Below are positions 12,542 through 25,369 of a stretch of 64,000 bases of DNA, one piece after another. The position numbers and the translations under genes were made by a program. The notes below the pieces were generated by a model. That model was not told where the DNA came from, made no database searches, and worked only from the letters and a program-made list of their open reading frames with translations. Position 1 is the stretch's first letter. The number at the start of each line of letters is the position of its first letter. The stretch comes from Octopus sinensis (lineage: Eukaryota): assembly GCF_006345805.1 (NCBI RefSeq), contig NC_043018.1, forward strand, positions 8,308,001 to 8,372,000, in the 5' to 3' direction.

Positions 12542-13122
12542 GGCAGTGAGCTGGCAGAATGGTTAGCATGCCAGGCAAAATGCTTAGCGGAATTTCATCC
12601 GACCTTGTGTTCTGAGTTCAAATTCTGTTGAGTTCAACTTTGGCTTTCATCCTTTCAGGGAAGATACAGTTGGATACAGTCGATACAGTTGGTACAGTTG
12701 AAGTACCAGTTGAATACTGGGGTTGATGTAATCGACTCATCCCCTCCCCCAATATTGCTGTCCTTGTGGTAAAATTTGAAATTATTATTATTATTATTAT
12801 TAGGGCAGTGAGCTGTCAGAATCGTTAGCATGCTGGACAAAATGCTTAGTGGTATTTTGCCCGTTGTGAAGGCGCATGGCTCAGTAGTTAGAGCGTAGAG
12901 CTCATGGGCCCGGTTTCCCGGTTCTATGACGTATGTGTTTCCCAGCTGGAGGGGATGCCAGTCCATCGAAGCGTTACTCATTTTTGCCAGCTGAGTGAAC
13001 TGGAGCAACATGAAATGAAGTGTTTTGCTCAAGAACACAACGCGTCACCCAGTCCAGGAATCGAAACCACAATCTTACGATCATGATGCTGACACCCTAA
13101 CCACTAAGCCATGTGCATCCAC
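12541..13122. mobile_element. nested SINE fragments (families A and D)
   Basis: Family A heads at 12541 and 12803; family D-like copy on the minus strand at 12905-13122. Confidence 0.7.
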
Positions 13123-13214
13123 ATTATTATCATTATTATTATTATTATTATTATGATTTATCATTATTATTATTATGATTTATCATTATTGTTATTATCA
13201 TTGAACGTCGAAAT

Positions 13215-13820
13215 AACTATCAATGGAAACAGTAGTTGTGATGCCTGTGCCGGTGGCACATAAAAAGCACTATCCGAACGTGGCCGATGCCAGCGCCGCC
13301 CCGACTGGCTTCTGTGCCGGTGGCACATAAAAAGCACCATCCGAACGTGGCCGATGCCAGTGCCACTCCGACTGGCTTCTGTGCCGGTGGCACATAAAAA
13401 GCACCATCCGAACGTGGCCGATGCCAGCGCCGCCCCGACTGGCTTCTGTGCCGGTGGCACATAAAAAGCACCATCCGAACGTGGTCGATGCCAGCGCCGC
13501 CCCGACTGGCTTCTGTGCCGGTGGCACATAAAAAGCACCATCCGAACGTTGCCAGCCCCGCCTTGGCTGTCTTCCGTGCCGCTGGCACGTTAAAAGCTCC
13601 AACCGATCGTGGCCGATGCTGGACCCCTCCTGGCACCTGTGCAGGTGGCACGTAAAGAGCACCCACTACACTCGCGGAGTGGTTGGTGTTAGGAAGGGCA
13701 TCCCGCCGTAGAAACTCTGCCAGATCAGACTGGAGCTGGAGCAGCCCCTGGCTTCCCAGACCCCGGTCGAACCGTCCAACCCGTGCTAGCGTGGAAAACG
13801 GACGTTAAATGATGATGATG
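13215..13820 (+). mobile_element. RTE LINE 3' UTR with expanded 67-bp tandem repeat
   Basis: Units start at 13245, 13312, 13379, 13446 and 13513; RTE tail plus (GAT)n. Confidence 0.85.
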
Positions 13821-15015
13821 ATTATTATTATTATTGTTGTTGTGATTATTATTGTTTTGTTTTAATTTATATGAGTTGCACCTGAGTCTCTATCAGAGGC
13901 ACCAAGCGACAACAAGGTTTTGCATCTGAAGACCCTAACAGATGAGGTGCCATTCAACTGGAAACACAGATGTCTGTGGGAGAAAAAAAAAATAAACAAA
14001 AACCAGAGTGAGTAAGGTTGCATATTCATGAGAGGAATTTATGTAGGATATGTGAAGTATCCAGGTGGTGAGCTGGCAGAATCATTAGCAGCATTTTTAC
14101 CACCTTTATGGTCTGAGTTCAAAAACCAGTTGAGCATTGGGGGGGGGGGGGCGGTCACTGTAATTGACTTACTCCTTCTCTTGAATTTGCTGGCCTTGTG
14201 CCAAAATTTGAAACCATAATTATCAATTATAACCATAATTAGCAGTCACCCATGCATACCGGCCTCCCTGCTCCACGCCACTGATGTTATCCAAGGGAAA
14301 GGCAAAGGGGCCAATACAGTTTGGCACCAGTGGCAGAATTGTTAACATACCGGACAAAATTATTGGTGGCATTTTGTTTGTCTCTGTGTTCTGAGTTCAA
14401 ATTCCACCAAGGTCAACTTCACTCTTCATTCCTTTGGGGGTCCATAAAATAAAGTATCAGTCAAGTATTAGGCCCAATTCAATTGACTTACCCCCAGCCC
14501 TAAAACTGCTGGCCTTGAACCATTATTATCATTACTAATATCATCATCATCATCATCATCATTATTATTAAAGAAATAATTATCATCATCATCAATTTAT
14601 TTTATTATTTGTTTTAATCAGAACAGATTAATTTACAGTTGACTGTTTTGCTTTGTTTTGTGTCATTATTATTATTATTATTTTTCCTGTCTTTTTTCTC
14701 ACTAAAGCCAGATAAAAGTGATACAGATCTGTTTAAACTATAACAGTCTTTGTGTAATCCATACTTATCAGGAATTAAAAATTTTCTGCTAAGCTTAAGC
14801 TACATCATTCCACATAAATCAATCAGAAATCCACACATGTACCATATTAATTATTGCAGATTTCAAAAGACCACAGCAGCAACATCACCACCACTACCAC
14901 CACCACTATCACCACCACCACTATCACCACCACCACCACCACAGCAGCAGTGAGCCAATGAAAGAACATCCGGATGGTCAGTTATTCAACTTGCTAGAAA
15001 TAACAACCAAATTTC

Positions 15016-15244
15016 TTATTTCTTTATTGCCCACAAGGGGCGAAACATAGAAGACAAGGACAGACAAACGGATTAAGTCGATTATATCGACCCCAGTGCG
15101 TAACTGGTACTTAATTTATCGACCCCCGAAAGGATGAAAGGCAAAGTCGACCTCGGTGGAATTTGAACTCGGAACGTAATGACAGACGAAATACGGCTAC
15201 GTATTTCGCCCAGCATGCTAACGTTTCTGCCAGCTTGCCACCTT
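15016..15244 (-). mobile_element. SINE family A monomer
   Basis: TSD aaccaaatttct. Confidence 0.85.
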
Positions 15245-15289
15245 CTAACCAAATTTCTGTCAAACCACAAGCTCTATTCATCAGCATCA

Positions 15290-16235
15290 ATGTCTACTTT
15301 TCAGTGTGCATATATGATAGACTGTAAGTGATTTGAGAGAAAAACTGGGTATACAAGGCATCGCATGTAGGGTGCAAGAGAGAAGACTGCACTGGTGTGG
15401 GTATGTGATGTGTTTGAATGAAGACAGTTATATCAAGAGGGGCAGATCTTTAGTCAGAAAACAGCATAGCTCCCATGACTTTCGGAAACATTTTTTCAGG
15501 CTGAGAGTTGCTGAAGCATGGAACAAACTGCTGGCATCAGTTGTTAGTTGACAGAGCACTGTATCCTTCAAAACTTCCATGCTTTCTGAGATTTGCCAAT
15601 ACTACACCTGATTTTCTCCCCGCCATACACACGCAAGCATGTATCTGACTCATACATTGTTCGCTTTCCAGACATTTGTACATTACTGCATACTTTATAT
15701 GCACTTTTGACAAGTTGTGGTGCACCTGAGCACTGAATACAATAATTTCATTATTATAATTATTATTTTAATTGTAGAGGGAACATGTGGAAGGAGTAAA
15801 CCCAGGAAGACAGGGGACAAAGTGGTGAGAAAGGATCTTTAGACATTGGGCCTAACAGAAGGGATGACAAAGGACTGTGACCCCTGGTGGTTTGCTGTGC
15901 TTTAGAAGACAAGTCAAGTAAAAATGTGGTTGCCCTGCCCTTGCATACAGCCTTGCCCCTTTCAACCCTCTCCAGCTGAGCGTTTCTAATCTTGCAGGAT
16001 AGTGGGTGCCGGTGCCATATTAAAAGCACCCATATTGGTGCCGCATAAACACACCAGTGCCGATGCTGCGCAAAGGCACTCGGTACACTCTGTGAAGTGG
16101 TCGGTGTTAAGAAGGGCATTCAGTGATAGAAACCACACCAAGACATACATGGAACCTGGGCAGCTCTTCAGGTGGCCAACTTCTGTGAAACTGGCCAACC
16201 CATGCCAGCATGAAAAACAGATATTAAATGATAAT
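15290..16235 (+). mobile_element. old RTE LINE 3' fragment interrupted by a CR1-type 3' fragment (15452-15767)
   Basis: VQERRLHWCGYV (RTE) then RKQHSSHDFRKHFFRLRVAEAWNKL (CR1) with (ATT)n tail, then RTE resumes. Confidence 0.75.
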
Positions 16236-16324
16236 GAAGAAGATTTTCTCTGATTGCATTAAATGATTGTTACTGTCATACAGGCAGTATCATTTATATC
16301 TGATATGCGATATGTAGCCAGTCC

Positions 16325-16750
16325 ACTTATGCATATCTTTCCTTCTTGGGACACAAAACTCTACTTGTGAAGACCTGTTGAGGCAAGTGAAAATCGAAAT
16401 CGATCAACATCAATGGAAATTGCAGCTGTGATACCAGTGCCGGTGGTACGTAAGAGAACCATCCGAACGTGGCCATTGCCAGCGCCGCCCCAACTGGCCT
16501 CGTTCCGGTGGTACGTGAAAAGCACCATCCGATCGAGGCCGTTGCCAGCCTGTCTGGCTCCTGTACCGGTGGCACGTAAAAAGCACTCACTACACTCACG
16601 GAGTGGTTGGCGTTAGAAAGGGCATCCAGCCGTAGAAACATTGCCAGATCAGACTGGGCCTGGTGCAGCCTTCTGGTTTCCCAGACCCCAGTTGAACCAT
16701 CCAACCCATGCTAGCATGGAAAGCAGACACTAAACGATGATGATGATGAT
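16325..16750 (+). mobile_element. RTE LINE 3' UTR/tail
   Basis: Matches the minus-strand 3' UTR at 29150-29710. Confidence 0.85.
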
Positions 16751-16849
16751 GTGAGAACATACCTGGCCAAGGGGAAATATTACCTTTCTTAGAAACAGGT
16801 GAGAGTTGGTGACTGGAAGGGCACCCAACAATAAAAAATCTGCAAAGCA

Positions 16850-17080
16850 GTGATACGGGGAGATATTGATAAATCAGGTATAGCTGATCATGTATGGAAA
16901 AATGGAGACCACCTGCCCCTGTGGGATGAAGTTAAAATAATAGACAGAGAACACCAGTGGAAAATACGAAAACTAAAAGAAGCAGCACATTTGCTAGGAC
17001 ACAACAACCCCCTAGGCAGACCGAGAGCAGATATGAACAGCATATGGGAACTGGTATTAAGGAAGGATAGGAGAATATAA
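16850..17080 (+). pseudogene. C-terminal part of PLE GIY-YIG endonuclease
   Basis: SGIADHVW...H...WDEVKIIDRE...RKLKEAAHL...N pattern typical of the PLE endonuclease C-terminus. Confidence 0.75.
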
Positions 17081-17118
17081 GTTTTATAAGCCCTAAAATT
17101 CACTCAAAAATTGCCCTT

Positions 17119-17190
17119 GGGCATATGGCGTAGTGTTAAGAGTGTCGGTTACTAACCCCAAGATTCCGAGTTCAATTCCAGGCAGTGACC
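17119..17190 (+). ncRNA. tRNA-like Pol III promoter segment inside the PLE 3' region
   Basis: A box tggcgtagtgttaag, anticodon-like loop ttactaa, B box gagttcaattcc. Confidence 0.65.
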
Positions 17191-17262
17191 TGAATAATAA
17201 TAATAATAATAACATTGAAAAATACCTTAGGAATGAGAAATCAGGTTCAAAATTTTCCCAAG

Positions 17263-17305
17263 ACACCTGATGAAGGCTGGAGGGTATATCAGCTGAAACG
17301 TTGTG
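17263..17305 (+). ncRNA. minimal type I hammerhead ribozyme (PLE type)
   Basis: cac-CTGATGA-a-ggctgg(agggtata)tcagct-GAAA-cgtt-gtg; palindromic stem III AACGTT. Confidence 0.75.
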
Positions 17306-17977
17306 GACAAATATCCGTCAATTGTAAATAATGTACATAATTCCTCATCTTTTAAATATAGAACAATAAAAAATCTGACCTATACAAGCATGGAGAAGTG
17401 AACTTTAAATGATAATGATGAAGATGATAAGCTAATTCTGCAACAGACAAAATGTCATTTAGGATCAATGGACTTCAAAAGAATATATAAAATAGTGGAT
17501 GGAATGCCATGTAAAGATGATGGATTGGCAAAAATCCATTTGGATTAGAATTTGAACTCCGAACATAGAGATGGATGATGTGCCACCAACAATTTTGTCC
17601 AATGTGTTAACAATTCTGCCAATTTGCCACCTTGATAATTATGGTTTCAAAATTTGGCACAAGGCCAGCAAATTCAAGAGAAGGAGTAAGTTAATTACAC
17701 TGACCCCCCACCCCGCCCCAATGCTCAACCGGTACTTGTTTTACCCACCCCGAAAGAATGAAAGGCAAAGTCAACTTTGGTGAATTTCAACTCAGAACAT
17801 AAAGATTGAAGAAATGTTGAAGAAATGATGGAGAGTATGGAGTTAGAGGGGAGGTGATGAAGTGGCGGGTTCTGTGGAATAGCAGACAGGTTGTCATGTT
17901 GGAACAATAGACAGGAAGAACCAATAGGCCCATAAATGACATACCTTACAGGTATATGTAGTCATACCTCAATACAA

Positions 17978-18220
17978 AGGCGGCGAGCTGGCAGAATCGT
18001 AAGCACGCCAGGCGAAATGCTTAGCAGAATTTCGTCTGCCACTATGCTTTGAGTTCAAATTCCACCGAGGTCGACTTTCCTTTCATCCTTTCGGGGTCAA
18101 TTAAATAAGTACTAGTTACACACTGGGGTCGATATAATCGACTTAATTCGTTTGTCTGTCCTTGTTTGTCCTCTCTGTGTTTAGCCCCTTGTGGGTAGTA
18201 AAGAAATAGGTATTTCGTCA
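17978..18220 (+). mobile_element. SINE family A monomer plus start of a second unit
   Basis: Ends aaagaaataggtatttcgtc. Confidence 0.85.
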
Positions 18221-19631
18221 GTCTTTCCTCAATGGATTGGAAAATAAATGTTAGATTATCAGATACAACACTTTGCTCCAGTACTTCATGTTCTGATTTC
18301 AAATCCTGCCATGGTCGGCTTTACCTTTCATTCTTCTGGGATCAGTGAAACAGGGCACCAGTTAAGTACTAATAAGGCTTCTATATAATTGACTATTGCA
18401 TTCTTTCTTCCTTTCAGACCAAATGTTTGGCTTTTTGTCTATGAAAGAAATTCTTATTTCTTTCATAAATTGATGAAATAAGCATCAGTAAACCATGGGA
18501 GGAAAGGTGTGAGCTGGAGTGTTGTTAGTTGCATATTTTTTTTGCCTATTTACATTTTGAGTTCAAATCCAACTGAGGTCAACTTTACCTTTCACCCCCT
18601 TGAGGGCCGATAAAATAAAGTACCACTCAAGTACTTGGGTCGGTGTGATTAACTTGTCCCTCTCCCCTCAGAATTGTTGGCCTTGAATCCAGCAATGGAT
18701 TGGCATCTTGTTCAAGAGGGAATGTTGTGACCTTCATCACTTGTACACCATGGAAATCTGATAAACCATCCTTATGATTCATAGAGCTTGAGGGGGAAAA
18801 ATGACAGCAGAAGACTTAGTTGGTCATGCTTGGAAATCCAGCCGGAAAGTCAAATGATGATTGTTTCTCACAGGAGGAGGTGCCTAAGGATTCTAACCCC
18901 AAAACCCTTCTAGGATTAGTGGGCAGAGAAAAGGGATGGATGGATGGATACGTCTATTCACTGTTGTTGCTATTTAGCCCCAAGTTAACTCTGAATGAGT
19001 CGGGAGGAACCATGCCTCCCCCAACCAAAAGAAAATCCACACTAGTCCTAACCATCTTAATTTCATACAACGAATATCTAAGACTATATTATCCAATGTT
19101 TCCTTCCTTTAATTAGAATAATGAGATTTCATTTAATGAAGATCTGGTGGTGGTGGTTATTTATAGCAGATCGAGCAACCACATAGAGGCTCCGTAATTG
19201 ATGTATTTAGCTCTGAGTCCGCCCTAATTAGTAGGTATATGACCAGAAGAATCTTGATCCTGTCATCTATTCAGAAAAAAAATGTATCTAGGATTATATT
19301 ATTAAAAGGGATCGTTTTTCTAACACGATAGGATTTCGCAGTTTTTTCTAGCAGTACAAGCAACTGCACAAAAGCTTTCCTTGTCAGCCCGTGTAATTAA
19401 TATACAATTAATTATGGTATTTATGTTATTACATTGCATATTTAATAACAAAAACAGTTGTCAGATATTTGCTTTCTATATCGCCATTGCTCTAATTATC
19501 TCAATCTGCCTGTCTGCTTTAAGTTTCCCTACCACTTCAAGGAATTAGATGAAGTAGGACATTCAATTAAACCGGCATAGCAGTATCTTCATCAACTGCT
19601 AGAAAAGCAAAGATGTAATTTTAAAAAGATT

Positions 19632-19857
19632 TGTCAGAAAACAACACAGCTCCCATGACTTTCGGAAACATTTTTTCACGCTCAGAGTTGCTGAAGCATG
19701 GAATAAACTGCCTGCGTCAGTTGTTGACTGCCATGACACTGCATCCTTTAAGGCCCTCATGCTTTCCGAAATCCGCTGGAACTACACCTGATTATATATA
19801 CACTTTAGATGAGTTGTAGTGCACCTGAGCACTGTACACAATTATTATTATTATTAT
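19632..19857 (+). mobile_element. CR1-type LINE 3' end fragment
   Basis: Same sequence family as 15452-15767; (ATT)n tail. Confidence 0.8.
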
Positions 19858-19909
19858 AACCAAAAGACTGATAAAGCAGTATCCACAACTGCTACAATGG
19901 CAAAGGAGT

Positions 19910-21680
19910 ATTTTAAAAAGTAACCGCAGATGTATGAAACTGGTGGACCAGCTTATGAAAGTAACAAAACATTTATGGCAAAAGAATTAACCTAGAGGTG
20001 TAGTTTGGGTTTATGCCATCTTCAGATTTTAACCAAGAGAAAACAAATAATCCTAGCATTTGTTGAGAAAGTCTGTAACAGAGCACCGCACTCTGCTGTC
20101 TGGAAGTCAGTAAGAAAACTCAATATGTATGGAGATGCTGTCAGCAAGATGCGAGTTAGCAATGAGCTCAGTAAAGCAATTTAGCATAGAGGAAGGTGTC
20201 TAGTATGCTCAGATCTCAGCCTCCCATCTCTCATCCCACCCCTTCTGTATATTTGGGTTCTCCTGGCCATAAAACAGAGGAATTTAAGTCTAGCTGTCTG
20301 TAGGAGTTTCTGCATGCTGATGACTTAGTGTTCAAAGCTGTCTTAAAGAATTACAGAAGACACTGCCCCGTGCCGGTGGCACGTTAAAAGCACCATCTAA
20401 TCATGGCCGTTTGCCAGCCTCGTCTGGCACCTGTACTGGTGGCACATAAAAAGCACCCACTACACTCACGGAGTGGTTGGCGTTAGGAAGGGCATCCAGC
20501 CGTAGAAACATTGCCAGATCAGACTGGGCCTGGTGCAGCCTTCTGGCTTCCCAGACCCCAGTCGAACCGTCCAACCCATGCTAGCATGGAAAGCGGACGC
20601 TAAACGAAACGATGATGATTCTAAACAGGGAAGTAAAACTTAGAATTAAGAGGCTTCAAAGGACAAAGTTTTAGGGAGCAGGAAAGAAGACAGGACTGTA
20701 CGGCCATCAAAGAAATGGCTTTGCTCATAAACACAAAAGATGTCAATCAGAAGCCATTGGTACATGTAGGAGATGCAGTGGAATTACAGGAACGCTAATA
20801 TAAAAGGAAAAAAACTTTGTTATGTAAGAAATATACAGGAACGGTTAAGACTAAGAGCATTCGAGAAATAAATTCTTTCAACTGCTTGGAAAGTTCCATA
20901 AAAGTAGTTGACAGCTCGTTATCTCATAGATAATTATCCATAAAGGAGTAAGTTCCTAAAAATATCACAGTTAAAGTAAGGGATGGAAAAATTTGAAGGA
21001 GCTATTTCTTCTACAGACAACAAAAGGAATTTCGGATCTTTTCGGTTTGAACGGCAGTTTTTTAAAATAATTTCCACGTAGCTAAACACTTTTAAACTTC
21101 GTATACTGGTAGAATGTGTTTATAAAACATCTTTTTCTCTTGGCTTTATTGAGAAAATTCTATAGTTTGTAAGATATCTGTTGTTGTTTTTCTTCAATTT
21201 CTGCAATTTCAACCAATCAATGACGTCTATTGAGGTAAATAACAGTCTTTACCGTATGAATATGTCCCTCGTTTAAGAAACAGATTGAGTTTATTTACAT
21301 TTCTGAAGAAAAAAAGATACCCTTCCCCCACCCCTAACCAACCCTAACCCTAAAACAGATTGAAATGCAATAGATCGATACTAGGGTTATAATTATGGGT
21401 GAAAATTTCATATGACACCACTAGAAAAAACTGCCGTTCAAACCGAAAAGATCCGGAATTTCTCCCTGAATGAAGGGCAGGATAGCATGATTTTTGAATA
21501 TACATTGCGCTGTTGCATAGTAGCAAAACATGGGTACTGAATGCAGATAATGATGAGAATACTGGGAAGGACCAAAGTGCTTGTGCTCTGCTGGAGTGTA
21601 ATGCTATAAATGTACGTGTTAAATGAACAACAAAGTATAACAAACCAAGTGAAAAACTGGATATATATGAGTAGTCCCAT
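19910..21680 (+). pseudogene. heavily decayed RTE reverse transcriptase, interrupted by an RTE tail (20365-20618) and a MITE
   Basis: Remnants of KLVDQLMKVT, FGFMP and LHADDLV. Confidence 0.6.
21034..21454. mobile_element. MITE with ~30-bp TIRs and 8-bp TSD (Merlin-like)
   Basis: TIR ggatcttttcggtttgaacggcagtttttt; TSD ggaatttc; inverted copy at 62308-62739. Confidence 0.85.
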
Positions 21681-22557
21681 GGAATGTAGACATTTTTATA
21701 ATCTGAATTAATTCTGTTCTTTATATGTTTTAATTATTTTTTTTTAATGATATTACCGACTCCAGTCCTAGGACTCATAGGACTAGTTAACCAGTTTCCA
21801 TGGCATATAAGTGACTAAAACCACAACATTCCCCTTGAAGAGAAACCCAGCCCATTGCAGGGTTAACCATTTACAGCTGAGAGGACTGGAGCAACATGAC
21901 ATGAAGTGCTTTCCTCAAGAACAAAATGTAAAGCACTTTTGGGAATCGAAACCTTGATCTGACAATCATGAGCGCAACACCCTATCCACTAGGCCAAACG
22001 GATTCACATAATCTTTAATTAGAATGAAAATATCTTCATTATTGAAATTTTTTTCTTTATTTATTTAATATGGATAATACTTAAATATCTTTCATTACTG
22101 AAATGCAAGCATAAATGAAATATTTGCATTTTCCATAATAAAGGTAGTGAAACAGAAGACTTTGATAATGAGATTGTTTACAATCTGAAATTGCATCTTT
22201 TATATTCTCCTTCATTGACAATTGACGACAGTAATTCCACAGAGCCTGTTTTTGACAGATGTGCCAAACTTAACATTACATCAACCAATATATCATCATC
22301 ATCATCATCATCATTATTTTAATGTCTAATTTTACATGCTTGCATAGCTCAGGTGGGAGTATTTCCAGGCAGTTTTCCATAGCCACATGTCATTCCTGTT
22401 GCCATCTCAGACTTGTTTCCCCAAGTCTATAGAACAACCAACAGCCCAGATGTGTTTACATGGAGAACTAGAAACAAAGGAACACTGTATGAATAAACAT
22501 TTTGTTTACCAAGATCCTGCAACATATTGATTTGTGCACAAGCCTTGACATAGATTT

Positions 22558-22790
22558 TTTTTTCTTTACTACCCACAAGGGGCTAAATACAGAGGGGACA
22601 AACAAGGACAGACAAATGGATTACATCGATTATATTGACCCCAGTGCGTAACTGGTACTTATTTAATTGACCCCGAAAGGATGAAAGGCAAAGTCGACCT
22701 CGGCAGAATTTGAACTCAGAACGTAACAGCAGACGAAATACGGCTACGCATTTCGCCCGGAGTGCTAACGTTTCTGCCAGCTCGCCACTT
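22558..22790 (-). mobile_element. SINE family A monomer
   Basis: Full unit; TSD-like acatagattt. Confidence 0.85.
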
Positions 22791-23514
22791 TAACATAGAT
22801 TTGTGGTGGGCTGCAAGCATACAACACTGTTAGTGAAGCCATAGTTTGCAATCAGTGAATGAACACACAAGTGCAGATGCGAAACATATGAAGTCACACA
22901 CACACAGGCATACCACATGTGCATGTGTTCTTTCAGTTTCTGTAGGCCACATCCACTTACAAGGCTTTGGTCAGACTGGGGTTATAGTAGAAACCCAAGG
23001 TGCTGTGCAGTAAGACTGAACCCAAAACCATGGGGTTGGGAAATTAACTTTTTAACCACACATGCATGCCTGCATATATTAATCTTTCTGATGCCAGCCT
23101 GCCCAAGATCGGCCCAAGTTCCAGAATGCAAACTTCCTGTTTTAAAAATATCTTACATTAAAACCTTCCATCAAAATTCCATGTTAACCTCTATCCCAAA
23201 CATTAAGGACAAAGTTATTTTACTAAATTCTTCACAATTTTCAAAACAAGGATTAAGGTATGAAAAGTAGAGAGTAAATTCTTCTTAATACTTAGCTAGT
23301 TAATTACAGATGTAGGTATTAGAAATACCTGAATTGGAAAGGTGTCATAGATTCAGTAGGATATAGTGAATGAAGTGAAGCTGTTAACACCCATTAGAGG
23401 TGAAAAGCATTCAGCATAAGGAATAGCAAAATTCAGGATAAAGTACAGTAAAATAAAATAAGTATAAAAAAAGTATAGAGTGTTGTTAGCATTATATGGA
23501 AGTATAAATCTTTG

Positions 23515-23890
23515 AGAGACCTTGGGAGAAGGTCTCCTGAAGGTCTCCTTTTACTAACCATATCCATACTTCTAGCATAATAACCAGTGAAGCTTTTGGG
23601 CTACCTTGTCCTGTCTGCTTGTACTCTTTCTGTGCAAGACTTACACAAGCACGAGCAATGTAGGTAATGCTTTCGACCCTCTTCCCACACATTCTGCAAA
23701 GGTTCATTGCACTTGTGTGGTATATATCCCTTTTCACTGAGTTGGTATTCAATGCCTGATCCTGGGCAGCTACGAGCAGGCTTTCTGTCTTCTTTTTTAG
23801 GTCACCCTTGCTGAGCTACCTCCATGATGCTTCCTGGTCTTTTAAGTTCTTAGTTTCACAGTGGAATCGACCATGTAATTCCATACAGAA
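23515..23890 (-). pseudogene. R4/Dong-like non-LTR retrotransposon fragment (CCHC region)
   Basis: CRMCGKRVESITYIARACVSLAQKEYK motif that precedes REL endonucleases. Confidence 0.7.
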
Positions 23891-25027
23891 TAGAGTTTCT
23901 TGTCTCTCATAGGCTAAATCGTGCTCAGAGTTCATTAGCACTCTCAAGTTCATTTTTGATAAATCCTTAAGCAAAAGAAATCATTATTAGTATTATTATT
24001 ATTATTATTTTTCTTATCATTTCATTATATATAAATCCCCAACACTTTATGTCTGTCTTTGTATTGTCCCCCACCTCATTCTTTTCACTGGTGGCAAATA
24101 AAAGAAGTCATTATTATTCTTATTACTATTAAAAAAGAAATTATTATTATTATTATTATATCATCATTATTATATTCAAATCATGCTTAGGTCAGCTTTG
24201 CCTTTCATCCTTTTGGGTGTCAATAAAACAAGCACCAGTTGATCACTGGGGTCAATGTAATTGGCTCTTCTGCTCCCCACAAATTTCAGGGCTTGAGCCA
24301 ATGGTAGAAAGAATTACCATTATCGTTAAGGCAACAAGCTGGTAGAATCATTAGTACGCTGGGCAAAATGTTTAGTAGCATTTCATCTGTCCTTATGTTC
24401 TGAGTTCAAATTCTGCCAAGGTCAACTTTCCATTCATCCTTTCAGGGCCAATGTACCAGTTACCAGTTACACACTGGAGTCGATGTAATTGACTAGCCCC
24501 TCCCACAAAATTTCAGGTCTTGTACCTATAGTAGAAAGGATTACTATTATTATTATTATTATCATTATTATTATTAATAGCAGTAGTAGTGTTGTTACTA
24601 TTATTTTCTTTTCATTATTATTGTTGTGGTTGCTATTGTTTTTACTATCATCATTCCTTTTTTCTTTACCAATAGATATTTATGGTTCTACATCAAAATT
24701 ACTATTCATTTGTCCATTGTAATTTAGCACAAGCAATTGTGGAATCACTGGTTATTATCCATATCTCCCTTCTTCCTCCCAAGTATTCATTTTTCCCCTT
24801 TCTCTTTCTTCTTCTTGTCCTCCTTCTTCATCTTCTTATCCTTCTTCTTCTTCATCTCCTCTTTCGTCTTCTGCTTCCTCTTCTACTGCTTCTTCATCTC
24901 CTCATCATACTTTTATCTACTTTGGAATTGACTGTACTTGCTCTGTTCATCTTTTCACAATCTATTTACATTTTCATCTTAATTTACTCTTTGTTTCTTC
25001 CCAATATAAGTAAATCACAAAGCTTGG

Positions 25028-25122
25028 CAGCTCTGAAGAAGTGCTGCTATGTTTAAAACCACAAATATTACATAAATTTTCACTTAGAAGTTTTGCGTAA
25101 ACTGCTATTGAAAGCAGAGCTG
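25028..25122 (+). ncRNA. degenerate hammerhead-like motif
   Basis: cagct-CTGAAGA...aaa-ctgct(attgaa)agcag-agctg; stems I and III intact, G12 and cleavage nucleotides lost. Confidence 0.4.
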
Positions 25123-25241
25123 GTACAGAAACAATTGTAATGAATCATTAAGGATGTGTTAAAGTCTTTCTTTATTTTCTTTTTTGAATTATGTTCTGTT
25201 CTTTGCTAAACCCACAACAACAGTTTTACTATCTGGGATTT

Positions 25242-25289
25242 TCTACACCTGAAGAATTTTGATATTAGTCTGGGGTCCAACAGTGTAGA
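25242..25289 (+). ncRNA. degenerate minimal hammerhead-like motif
   Basis: 7-bp stem I tctacac/gtgtaga flanking CTGAAGA-atttt-GATA. Confidence 0.45.
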
Positions 25290-25369
25290 TAGCCAAAACT
25301 CAGGTAGAGGGCTGCAATGGCAATACACAATCATTTTACCCTCCCAGGACCTTACACACACACACACCA

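Larger units (their letters stand above)
16843..17361 (+). mobile_element. 5'-truncated Penelope-like element (PLE)
   Basis: GIY-YIG C-terminal peptide, tRNA-like segment and hammerhead; 16-bp TSD aacaataaaaaatctg at 16827-16842 and 17362-17377. Confidence 0.8.

Noticed and set aside
13245-13560. CRISPR-like array of palindromic repeats
   Set aside because: The inter-hairpin segments are identical rather than unique spacers, there are no cas genes, and it lies in an RTE 3' UTR
13921-13980. Hammerhead (CTGAAGA...GAAAC)
   Set aside because: No stem I complement or NUH site in register
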